Shown here: one piece after another, positions 17,080 to 25,468 of the stretch | Numbering within the stretch: the first letter of the stretch is position 1 | How the letters are laid out: each line of letters starts with the position of its first letter | Assembly: GCA_034717975.1 (NCBI GenBank) | Contig: JAYEMF010000011.1 | Span: 2,903-28,370 of the forward strand | Reading direction: 5' to 3' | From: Campylobacterota bacterium | Lineage (GTDB): Bacteria; Campylobacterota; Campylobacteria; Campylobacterales; Sulfurimonadaceae | Length of the DNA stretch: 25,468 nucleotides | Program-made: the position numbers and the translations under genes | The notes under the pieces: generated by a model | Told to the model about the DNA's origin: nothing | Database searches by the model: none | Seen by the model: the letters and a program-made list of their open reading frames with translations, nothing else

Positions 17080-19455
17080 TCAGGAGAGATACGCTTCTAT
17101 ATTGACATCATCGATCTGCTCGGGCTTTAAATAGCGCTTCGCATACTCGATGTAGATTCCCGATCTTAAAAAGAGTTCAAAAACTTCTGCATCGATATGC
17201 TCATCTCTCTTCATAAAACTCATGATCCTGATCGCTTCTGAGAGCGTTTTCCCTTTTTTATATGGGCGGTCTGAAGCGGTCAAAGCTTCGAAAATATCAG
17301 CAAGGGCCATAATGCGTGAGGGGATGGAGAGCTCTTCTCTGCTCAGCTGTCTGGGATAGCCTGTCGCGATCATGGTCTCATGATGGGTGCCGGCATATTC
17401 GGGTATCTGCTTCATCCCCTCCGGGTATGGCAGACGCTCCAGCATCTTGATCGTCATAATGACATGTTCTTGGATCTTGAAGCGCTCTTCGGATGTGAGC
17501 GTTCCTTTTTCTATACAGAGGTTGTAGATCTCACCATAGTTATAGAGATGTTCGGGAACGTCAGTTTTGAAGCCTTCTTTGCGGTACTCCTTTTCATCAA
17601 AATCTGTTCGTTTGATAATATGTTCAGGATAGTCATTAAGAAGCTGCTCTTTTGCGGGTGTCGGACGTTCTTTGACCCCCTCGTAACGTAACATTTCAGC
17701 ATCGGAAATACCCAGACGGTCATTAAAATGACGTATCCAGCTCCGGGTGGCAATCTCTTTAATACGATCCTGTTTTTCTTCACTCATAAACTCTCCACCG
17801 ATATTGCACTCGGCAATAAAGGCGAAATCATCCAAAAGATCCTGGTGCATCTCTTTTTTCCAGTTACTTAACAGCTCGTTCTCCTCACCTTGAAGACGGC
17901 GTTCGTAATATTCGATCTCGATATCGCGCCAGATCACTTCAAAACGGGTGCGGACCTCGTGAATACGGTTATGAATGGTTTCCAGCTTGGTCGCTTTGTC
18001 AACGACATACTCAGGCGTGGTGACCTTGCCGCAGTCATGCAGCCAGGCTCCTATCTTAAACTCCCTCCAGGCATCTTCACTTTCAAGCCTGAAATCTTTA
18101 AAGGCACTATTGTCACTATCATTGGCAACTTTGGCCAGCATGATCGCTATTTCGGGAACACGTTGACAGTGACCGCCGGTATAGGCGGATTTGGCATCAA
18201 TAGCATCAGCGATCAGTTTGATAAATGAATCCATCAGCTCTGCCTGGGCTTTTTGGTACTCCTGTATACTAAGTGACATGGAGACCAGTGAGTCAGAGAG
18301 ATCGATCAGTTCCGAGATATTTGTCTTGATCGGTAGGACTTCATCAAAGTGGCGTGCTTTGATCTTATCGTTTTGAAGCATCAGGTCCTTGATCGGGCTG
18401 ACGATACGCGAGGTCATGTAGAGGATCAGCGGAATGGTCAAAATCAGGAAAACAAAGGCAATAGTCAGTGAATAGACAATGATCTGAAGGTAAGGATTAA
18501 GCATGACATCAGCATCGACCGTGATTCCAAGATGGGTGTCACTATTGAGTTCCTTGAAGAGGGTGGTGACCATGGCAAACTTGTCTGCATCTTTATCTCT
18601 GTAACGGATGATGCGATCGGTCTCTCCCTCTTCAAGTGCCTGCGTGATAAAGGTATTTATCTTCTCCTCTGCTGCCAGGCTCTTGGATGATGCGATGATA
18701 CTGCCGTCTCTGTCGAACATTAGCAGTTCACTGCTTGGATCAAACATCTGCCGACGTAACAGGTCATTGAGCTTCGTCAGCGTGAAGTCAAGAGCCAAAA
18801 CCGCCCTGGAACCATTGATCACTTTGGCGAAAGTGATCCCATTTTCCTGAATGTTGGCAAAAGGATAAGGGTCGGTGCGTATTGTCTGATCGCTTTGCGA
18901 GGCCTGAATAAACCACGGACGTTTGTTGGCTGCGTATTGGGATGCTTCCGTACGGCTGGAAAGCATGAGAAAGTCTTCGTCAAGGTAGTCAAAGTGGCGC
19001 ACCCTGCCCTCAGCTGAATCAAATACCTTGATGAGTGTCCATCGTGTTTGCGCAGGTGCTTTGAAATGCTTATGAAGCAGGGGTGAACTTTTCATATTGA
19101 TCACTTCGAAGAAGTCGCCGTTTGGATGACCGATGTACATGGCATAGATATTGGCAGCGCGCTGCATATTGGCGGCAAAGCGTCTGATGGTATCTGTATG
19201 ATGTGAATCAGCTGGAGGAAGGGTCAGATCCGGATAAAGTTCAGTAAGGTAAAGTGTGTTTTTGACAAGGTTATCCCTTGCCTGAATATGCTGGGTTATC
19301 TTCTGGGCACTCTGTGTAAAGTTTTTATGGGCAGCCGAGATGGCGAGCTGTTGGCTGAAGTAGTACTGCAGTCCCAGCAGCGATACGGCAATGATTCCGA
19401 CTACAATAAGAAAATTGGTAAGAATATTAATGCGGATTGAAATGGGACGGAACAT
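17080..19455 (-). CDS. Membrane-bound HD-GYP domain cyclic dinucleotide phosphodiesterase with a periplasmic Cache-like sensor and a HAMP-like linker
   Basis: Two TM helices flanking a Cache-like region (KRPWF, TDPYPF); AIDAKSAYTGGHCQRV, WLHDCGKVTTPEYVVDKATKLETI, HHETMIATGYP, ADIFEALTASDRPYK. Confidence 0.92.
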   Translation of the reverse strand: MFRPISIRINILTNFLIVVGIIAVSLLGLQYYFSQQLAISAAHKNFTQSAQKITQHIQARDNLVKNTLYLTELYPDLTLPPADSHHTDTIRRFAANMQRAANIYAMYIGHPNGDFFEVINMKSSPLLHKHFKAPAQTRWTLIKVFDSAEGRVRHFDYLDEDFLMLSSRTEASQYAANKRPWFIQASQSDQTIRTDPYPFANIQENGITFAKVINGSRAVLALDFTLTKLNDLLRRQMFDPSSELLMFDRDGSIIASSKSLAAEEKINTFITQALEEGETDRIIRYRDKDADKFAMVTTLFKELNSDTHLGITVDADVMLNPYLQIIVYSLTIAFVFLILTIPLILYMTSRIVSPIKDLMLQNDKIKARHFDEVLPIKTNISELIDLSDSLVSMSLSIQEYQKAQAELMDSFIKLIADAIDAKSAYTGGHCQRVPEIAIMLAKVANDSDNSAFKDFRLESEDAWREFKIGAWLHDCGKVTTPEYVVDKATKLETIHNRIHEVRTRFEVIWRDIEIEYYERRLQGEENELLSNWKKEMHQDLLDDFAFIAECNIGGEFMSEEKQDRIKEIATRSWIRHFNDRLGISDAEMLRYEGVKERPTPAKEQLLNDYPEHIIKRTDFDEKEYRKEGFKTDVPEHLYNYGEIYNLCIEKGTLTSEERFKIQEHVIMTIKMLERLPYPEGMKQIPEYAGTHHETMIATGYPRQLSREELSIPSRIMALADIFEALTASDRPYKKGKTLSEAIRIMSFMKRDEHIDAEVFELFLRSGIYIEYAKRYLKPEQIDDVNIEAYLS

Positions 19456-19499
19456 CTTTTCTCCCTTCGAGATGTAGAAGTAATGAATTGATTAGGTTT

Positions 19500-20579
19500 C
19501 TACCGCTTTTTTCGTTGCATTAATGCTTTAACAAAAGAGCCAAGCATAGTGTGAAAAGCGTCACGGTTCATATCCAGGTTTTGGCTGCCATCGGGTGTCG
19601 TGACTTCAGGAATTGGGTAACCTTCAGCATTTTCAACATCGATCTCACCGGAGTAGTAGTTTAAAAACTTCTGGGCATTTTCATCTTTTTTGGAGATCAG
19701 TTCGAAGAGTTCCATAGCGATACGCTGGTAAATGCCTTCAAAGTTGTTTCTTAAAATGTATCCCGCGAAACCAAGAAGATACTCCTCGTTATAAGAGATG
19801 TACAGTGCCAGTTCCTGCGCAATGGTATGACAGGTCAGTGAGCGCACATTCTTCTCAAAATAGCTGTTGTCAATCTCCTGAAAATTCAGTTTTCCTCCAA
19901 AGAGCAGTGCCATCACATTGTCTAGAAAATTTTCAACGTCTATGTCGTTCAACAGTTCATTATAGTGGTTTTCAAGATCGTCCGAGTTATAACCCTTGAA
20001 ACGGGCTTCGGACTCATCTCGAGGTTTAGGATCGGGTGCCACCAGATTGAGATAAGGGTTTACTTGAAAAATCTTGATGATATATTTTTGTTTCAACTGG
20101 ACGATGACGTCATGCGGTTCCAGTTCCAAAGCCTCTTTGATCGCCACTCGTATAAGCTCTTTTTTATTGACTGCTTCATCCGTTTCAATAATCTCTGCAT
20201 TGATGGCATTTTGTATTTTGCCAGTAAGCGCAATCTGGTCATCACGTCCCTGATAAGGGTACTCGATATTTCTACGATCATTACGGATGATGTCAATCAG
20301 TGCCTGAAGATGTTTGCTCTCTTTGGGCTGTGTATAATATGGAAGTATTTTATAACCGATCCCCGTATCTGGGTTGAAGTGGACGACGATATTGCCGACT
20401 GGTTCAAAGAAGTCACGAAAAGCCTGATGGATTTCGGGAATATCTTTTTCAATTTCCTCATCGGTATAACGGCTCTGGATATAGTTCAGAAAGAGAAGAT
20501 TATCCTGATCACTCCATTCTTTCCCTTTGGAGGGCTGTTGCAGCTTTCGTTTTAAGTAACGTTTAACATCCTGGTACAT
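19500..20579 (-). CDS. Hypothetical cytoplasmic protein
   Basis: 359-aa ORF with AGGA SD, protein-like composition and a TACAAT -10 candidate at 20610-20605. No recognised motif. Confidence 0.8.
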   Translation of the reverse strand: MYQDVKRYLKRKLQQPSKGKEWSDQDNLLFLNYIQSRYTDEEIEKDIPEIHQAFRDFFEPVGNIVVHFNPDTGIGYKILPYYTQPKESKHLQALIDIIRNDRRNIEYPYQGRDDQIALTGKIQNAINAEIIETDEAVNKKELIRVAIKEALELEPHDVIVQLKQKYIIKIFQVNPYLNLVAPDPKPRDESEARFKGYNSDDLENHYNELLNDIDVENFLDNVMALLFGGKLNFQEIDNSYFEKNVRSLTCHTIAQELALYISYNEEYLLGFAGYILRNNFEGIYQRIAMELFELISKKDENAQKFLNYYSGEIDVENAEGYPIPEVTTPDGSQNLDMNRDAFHTMLGSFVKALMQRKKR

Positions 20580-20618
20580 TATCCTGTTACTCCTTGTAAA
20601 GCTATTGTATCTTATTTA

Positions 20619-20750
20619 CTTAACTTTCGCACATAGAAAAGTGATGTCATTCCGGGCTTGGCCCGGAATCTACACTATATTATAGTGATTTTCAAATGCC
20701 TTCATGGGCCCCGGACTCGGTCCGGGGTGACGCTATGTGCGAAAGTTGAG
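20619..20750. mobile_element. 132-bp MITE-like element with 18-bp terminal inverted repeats and an internal REP-like palindrome pair
   Basis: CTTAACTTTCGCACATAG (20619-20636) and CTATGTGCGAAAGTTGAG (20733-20750) are 17/18 complementary. The direct repeat TTATTTA lies at 20612-20618 and 20751-20757. Internal hairpins at 20646-20670 and 20707-20731. Confidence 0.8.
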
Positions 20751-21013
20751 TTATTTATCTGCTCTCTGATAGATTGAGGTACAGTATAGATGTATAAAAA
20801 TATTTTTCCAGGGCTGTTTTTAAACATAGGAAATGTTATTGATTATTCTAAGTATGCAGTACGTGTCAATGGCTGCGTGGTATTTGGTACGCTCATGGCA
20901 GTCGTAAACGATATTTAGAGGAGCCCCTTTACAGTGTCCGTTTGGGAATATTACCGTAGTGATGTAAAATATGATTCTGAATTTTAATCAAGCTTGATTC
21001 TTTAAGGAAACGT

Positions 21014-21463
21014 ATGCGATTTATTTTACTCTTTTTACCTATATTGTTGTTTGCCGAGATGTTAGGAGTCGGGGACAGAGTAACGCCTTTGAGTGTTAAA
21101 GATCAGTTCGAAAAAAGCTATAAGATAGGTTCGGAGCTCTGCTGGGTGATTACCTGGGATCAGGCGACGACACGTCATGCTAACAACTATTTTGGAAAAG
21201 ATCCGTCACTGCTCGATCAAAATCTGACAAGAATGATCGTTGATGTATCGCAGACACCATCGGGTATCATGCGTCTGTTTGTCCTGCCTAAAATGCGTAG
21301 TTATGGGCATCCGATTTTATTGAGTTATGATGAAGCCTATAATTTCAAACTCCCTTATAGGGAGGATCATATCACTATCCTCTCTCTGGATAACGGGGTG
21401 ATCGACTCCATTGATTTTGCTCCCGATGAGAGGGCGTTAAGCGATCTGTTGGAAGATCACTGA
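21014..21463 (+). CDS. Exported hypothetical protein, possibly thioredoxin-like (YtfJ-like) fold without CxxC
   Basis: Signal peptide MRFILLFLPILLFA, VGD...KDQF motif, AAGGA SD. Confidence 0.75.
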   Translation: MRFILLFLPILLFAEMLGVGDRVTPLSVKDQFEKSYKIGSELCWVITWDQATTRHANNYFGKDPSLLDQNLTRMIVDVSQTPSGIMRLFVLPKMRSYGHPILLSYDEAYNFKLPYREDHITILSLDNGVIDSIDFAPDERALSDLLEDH

Positions 21464-21472
21464 TCGAGAGTT

Positions 21473-23983
21473 TTAAAACCACTTCTTAAAAAGCTTGTTT
21501 AGCTGTTTGGCTCCCTCTTTTTCAATGATCCTGCTGGCATCAATCTCTACTTTAGGTTTTTCGACATTGCCTCGAAGTGTGATGCCAAGCGGATTCTTAT
21601 TGGCGTTGATGTCAATTTTCGCATTAACCGTTTTGGTTTTTGAGTTTAGCTTCGCTTTTTTGGTTATGATCGATGATCTGTTGGAGCGGAGGTCCATGTC
21701 GGTAACGATCAGCTCTTTATTGATAATACTCTTCAGGTTGCCTTTGAACTGCTCTTTGTAGAGATCGACACGGCCATACTGCTTGACAAGATCGAGCATG
21801 CTGTTCTTAGTGAATTTCCCCTTACTCAAGGTTGCATCAAAGGTTCCCTTCTGTGTCTTTAGATTGTACTTCAACACCCCGTCAAGATTGGATTTAAATA
21901 TCTCCGGGTAGATCAGCATATGCAGGGTGTCAAGGGTCTGAATGCCTTTTATATCAGCTTTCAGATCATCATTGTGCAATGCCGCATCGATAGTGCCGCC
22001 GAGGGTGTCTGCATGAACGTGAAGATCAAAATCTTTTGCCTGTTTCATATCACCGGTGATGAGCATACTCCCTTTTAGGTGGCGTTCTGTGGCAAAATAG
22101 AGGTTATCCAGGTTATGGACTTTAGCCTGATACTCAGCAGTTGTGACTGACTTATCAAGGTCGGTACGGGAGTTTTTGAGCGTAAAGTCAGCCAGAGATG
22201 AAGTGATCTCGGCTTTGGTGTCGATCAGGCTTCCCTTGAGGGTTGTCGTTGTTTTCCCTCTAAAGGTGACACGCGGCATTTTTTTAAATTCATACGTCTT
22301 CTCAATAACTTTATTGTTAAGCACTCCTCGGCTGATCTGTGTCGTTACTTTGCCATCGAGTCTGCCTTTTTGTGCATTGGGAATATCGATATCGAGATTG
22401 ATCAGTGCATTGGCATAGTTGGGTTGTGTAACCAGATAGAACAGTGACTTTAGCTGCAGGTGTTTGATCTTGGCCTGGATACTTTTGGGTTGAAACTCTG
22501 CAAGTTCTACTTTAAAGCTTGTATCACTTTTGGCCAGGTCACTGTCACCTTTGAGTGTCAGCAGTTTTTTGTCACCTTTGAGGGTACCTTTAAGCGATAG
22601 TGCTCCTCGAAGCGGTGCATCGGTCAATGGTTTTAAGAGTTCAAGTTTCTCAATGGCGATACGGTAGTCAAGATCGAGGCCGAGATTTTGCGGGGTGACC
22701 TTGCCTTTGGAGTCGATCTCTGCCAGATTGGAGTTGAAATAGGTTGTGTAATCGATCTGTTTACCATTGAGTCTGCTCTCCAGCTCATAGGTAAATGAAG
22801 TTTCCGGCAGGGAGATCCCGTAATGCTTTTTCATCACGTCAGTATTGATGTCGCCTTGGTTGAGATTGATTTTGGCACTGCCGCTGAGATGCTCCGGATC
22901 GAGATCATTCAGAGTAATGTCTGCATTGATCTTTCCTCGTGCATAATCTGGTTCTCCAGTGAGGTAAAGCAGTTTGGAGAGGCTGGCATTTTTAATGTGA
23001 GCGATCACTTTTTGCGGTTTGTATGAGGCCAGTGCGACATCATAGGTCGTTTGACTGGCAGCAACATTGGAGTCCCCTTTGATCTGCATTGAGTGCGCAT
23101 CACCCTTTACTGTTCCTTTAGTTGCAAATGGGCCGCGTAGCGGAGCATTGGTGATCGGTTTAAAGAGGGCAAGTTCTTTGATATTGATCTCATAGGTCAG
23201 ATCGGTTGTCAGCGGTTCGGGCGTGACCTTGCCCTGTGAAAAGAGGTAGGCAAGATTTGATTCGAATTTTGAGGCATAGGTGATCGTCTCACCCAGAAGC
23301 TGACTGGTCACTTTCATGGCATAGGTTGTTTTTGGCAGTGTCAGATTGAAATCTTCTTTCATCAGTGCAGTATTGACACGTCCCTTTAAGAGGGTAACGA
23401 CTGCACTCCCATCCAGGTTTTTTGGGTCAATTGATTTGAAATCAAGATCAATGGCCAGGTGTGCAGTACTGTAAGGCTTTTTACCGACCATCCGAAAAAG
23501 TGATTCCAGCTCTGCATCTTTCATGGTTACTTTCAGGTTTTGTGGTGAAAAGTCAAACAGGGTGATCCCATAGTCGGTCTGACTGTTGGCAATATCGCTC
23601 TCTCCCGCGATATCAAGTTGTTCCAATGTACCTTTGACACTTCCCTGGGTATGAAGCTTGCCATACAGTGGTGTATTGGTCAGAGACTGCAATGCTGAAA
23701 GTCTGTTTAGTCTGATACGATAGAGGGCATTGAGGCTTTGATCAAACAGGGAGTAGTTTCCGACCGTTTCGATTCTGTTCTCGGGTGTCAGCTCCAGTTC
23801 GATCGTAAAACTGCTGCTGTCGAGTTCGAAGGTGGTTAATTTACTCTCAATAGAGAGTGAAGCATTGATCTTTCTTTCAACGATCGGTGCGATGATACCA
23901 TTGCCCAACGGAGTAAAAAGAAGTATATAGAGTGCTGCAACAACTGTTAGCAGAGATCCGGCAATAATAGCTAGCCATTTCAT
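21473..23983 (-). CDS. Large membrane-anchored periplasmic protein with internal 176-aa repeats, AsmA/TamB-like
   Basis: Start moved to the ATG at 23983 (MKWLAIIAGSLL, AAGGA SD), giving 836 aa. One N-terminal TM helix followed by LFTPLGN, amphipathic beta-strand pattern throughout, and a C-terminal ITLRGNVEKPKV plus amphipathic helix LNKLFKKWF. Confidence 0.8.
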   Translation of the reverse strand: MKWLAIIAGSLLTVVAALYILLFTPLGNGIIAPIVERKINASLSIESKLTTFELDSSSFTIELELTPENRIETVGNYSLFDQSLNALYRIRLNRLSALQSLTNTPLYGKLHTQGSVKGTLEQLDIAGESDIANSQTDYGITLFDFSPQNLKVTMKDAELESLFRMVGKKPYSTAHLAIDLDFKSIDPKNLDGSAVVTLLKGRVNTALMKEDFNLTLPKTTYAMKVTSQLLGETITYASKFESNLAYLFSQGKVTPEPLTTDLTYEINIKELALFKPITNAPLRGPFATKGTVKGDAHSMQIKGDSNVAASQTTYDVALASYKPQKVIAHIKNASLSKLLYLTGEPDYARGKINADITLNDLDPEHLSGSAKINLNQGDINTDVMKKHYGISLPETSFTYELESRLNGKQIDYTTYFNSNLAEIDSKGKVTPQNLGLDLDYRIAIEKLELLKPLTDAPLRGALSLKGTLKGDKKLLTLKGDSDLAKSDTSFKVELAEFQPKSIQAKIKHLQLKSLFYLVTQPNYANALINLDIDIPNAQKGRLDGKVTTQISRGVLNNKVIEKTYEFKKMPRVTFRGKTTTTLKGSLIDTKAEITSSLADFTLKNSRTDLDKSVTTAEYQAKVHNLDNLYFATERHLKGSMLITGDMKQAKDFDLHVHADTLGGTIDAALHNDDLKADIKGIQTLDTLHMLIYPEIFKSNLDGVLKYNLKTQKGTFDATLSKGKFTKNSMLDLVKQYGRVDLYKEQFKGNLKSIINKELIVTDMDLRSNRSSIITKKAKLNSKTKTVNAKIDINANKNPLGITLRGNVEKPKVEIDASRIIEKEGAKQLNKLFKKWF

Positions 23984-24014
23984 ACGGTTCCTTAGATTTA
24001 GAGTGATAGGGTTG

Positions 24015-24140
24015 TTAAAGCTTCTCCAGACTTTTTTCAGCTGCTTTGTTCTGTCGATCGTAGCTGCGTTGATCAAACTCTTTAGAGGCACAACCGCTTA
24101 AAAAGATAGATAGTGCCACTATAAAATAGATGATTTTCAT
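24015..24140 (-). CDS. Small lipoprotein (41 aa), below the ORF track cutoff
   Basis: MKIIYFIVALSIFLSG-CASKEFDQRSYDRQNKAAEKSLEKL*. Canonical lipobox LSGC, SD AAGGAAAGG 7 nt upstream, and extended -10 TGATATAAT at 24177-24169. Confidence 0.85.
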   Translation of the reverse strand: MKIIYFIVALSIFLSGCASKEFDQRSYDRQNKAAEKSLEKL

Positions 24141-24168
24141 AAAAAAACCTTTCCTTACTTTTTTTGTG

Positions 24169-24177
24169 ATTATATCA
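24169..24177 (-). promoter_or_regulatory. Extended -10 promoter for the lipoprotein and AsmA-like gene
   Basis: Minus strand reads TGATATAAT, matching TGnTATAAT, about 30 nt before the ATG at 24140. Confidence 0.6.
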
Positions 24178-24216
24178 GAAGCATGACAAATGCCTAATAA
24201 TAGGAGTTTTTATGCA

Positions 24217-24237
24217 TATGAGTTAGATAGACTAAAC
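24217..24237. promoter_or_regulatory. HAIR-like HspR operator (distal)
   Basis: TATGAGT-N7-ACTAAAC versus consensus CTTGAGT-N7-ACTCAAG, upstream of grpE-dnaK. Confidence 0.55.
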
Positions 24238-24265
24238 TAATCTAAGTATTTTAGCATAACTTTGA

Positions 24266-24296
24266 CTTGACATCATATGACTCAATGATGTATAAT
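24266..24296 (+). promoter_or_regulatory. grpE-dnaK sigma70 promoter with an overlapping HAIR-like HspR operator
   Basis: TTGACA (24267-24272), 18-nt spacer, TATAAT (24291-24296). CTTGACA-N7-ACTCAAT (24266-24286) overlaps the -35 box. Confidence 0.75.
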
Positions 24297-24331
24297 ACCT
24301 TCAGATTTCAGAAAAGGAGTCTTTCAAATAG

Positions 24332-24886
24332 ATGGCTAACGAAGAAAAAGAAGAGCTTTTAAACGACCAGGAAGTAACGGAAGAAGCAGTGAATGAAACT
24401 GCTGATGAAGAGACGGCTGAGGAAGTTGAAGACGATATAGAAGCACTGCAAAATGAGATTGGTGCACTTAAAGAGAAGTATGCCCGTGTGCATGCAGATT
24501 TTGAAAATATTAAAAAACGATTAGAGCGTGAAAAGTATCAGGCGTTGGAATATTCGCAGGAGAAATTTGCAAAAGATTTGATTCCGGTGATTGATTCACT
24601 GGGAATGGCGATCGAAGCGACAAAGTCAGAGGCTGATGCCGCTGAACTTTTTGAAAAGCTGACCGAAGGTGTCGAACTGACAATGAAACAGCTTTTGAGC
24701 GCTTTGGAAAAACATGGTATCACACCGGTGAGTGAAGATGAACCGTTTGATCCAAATATTCACCATGCAGTTCAGCAGATGGACAGTGAAGATCATGAAA
24801 GCGGTGAGATCGTCAGCACTTTTCAAAAAGGTTACCGCTATAAAGATCGCACACTACGTGATGCGATGGTAGTTATCGCGAACTGA
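24332..24886 (+). CDS. grpE: Nucleotide exchange factor GrpE
   Basis: RVHADFENIKKR, DLIPVIDSL, GVELT, FDPNIHHAV, QKGY....RTLRDAMV; AAGGAG SD. Confidence 0.97.
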   Translation: MANEEKEELLNDQEVTEEAVNETADEETAEEVEDDIEALQNEIGALKEKYARVHADFENIKKRLEREKYQALEYSQEKFAKDLIPVIDSLGMAIEATKSEADAAELFEKLTEGVELTMKQLLSALEKHGITPVSEDEPFDPNIHHAVQQMDSEDHESGEIVSTFQKGYRYKDRTLRDAMVVIAN

Positions 24887-24896
24887 GTTGTATTAT

Positions 24897-25468
<572 letters not shown>

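Noticed and set aside
19500..19620. Possible internal deletion of a coiled-coil segment near the C-terminus of the 359-aa hypothetical protein
   Set aside because: Based only on vague recollection of longer homologues; it cannot be supported without an alignment.
23984..24091. 36-aa N-terminal extension of the 872-aa ORF
   Set aside because: It overlaps the small lipoprotein gene in another frame. The ATG at 23983 has an AAGGA SD and begins the TM anchor.
24104..24124. Third HAIR-like spacing ATAGA-N7-ACTAT
   Set aside because: Weak match inside the lipoprotein signal-peptide coding sequence; probably coincidental.

Overview
Chromosomal window from a Campylobacterota (epsilonproteobacterial) genome, probably Sulfurimonas-like; this is inferred from gene order, short AGGA/AAGG Shine-Dalgarno sites and -10-dominated promoters. 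Most of it is conserved core: purH; sppA plus an amidohydrolase divergent from aroQ-folK-flhF-flhG-flgV-fliA-fliM-fliY-LOG-mnmA; prs; lepA-comF; grpE-dnaK (partial, with no hrcA in front). Accessory genes are an FmdE-like gene, a membrane HD-GYP phosphodiesterase, two hypothetical genes and a large AsmA/TamB-like repeat protein. The strongest candidate for an unusual system is at the left edge. An 87-aa His-rich/CxxC leader ORF ending in the ribosome-arrest motif RAPP lies directly upstream of a His-rich outer-membrane metal-uptake-like gene, and the codons right after RAPP can base-pair with that gene's Shine-Dalgarno, which suggests metal-responsive translational attenuation. Other observations: a 41-aa lipoprotein missing from the ORF track upstream of the AsmA-like gene; a 132-bp MITE-like element with TIRs and a target duplication carrying a palindrome pair; a second palindrome pair with compensatory changes after purH; two copies of a covarying structured intergenic motif (prs-lepA and grpE-dnaK); and HAIR-like operators at the grpE promoter. 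No tRNA, rRNA, CRISPR array or transposase was seen. All family calls come from motif recognition by eye, not from database searches.
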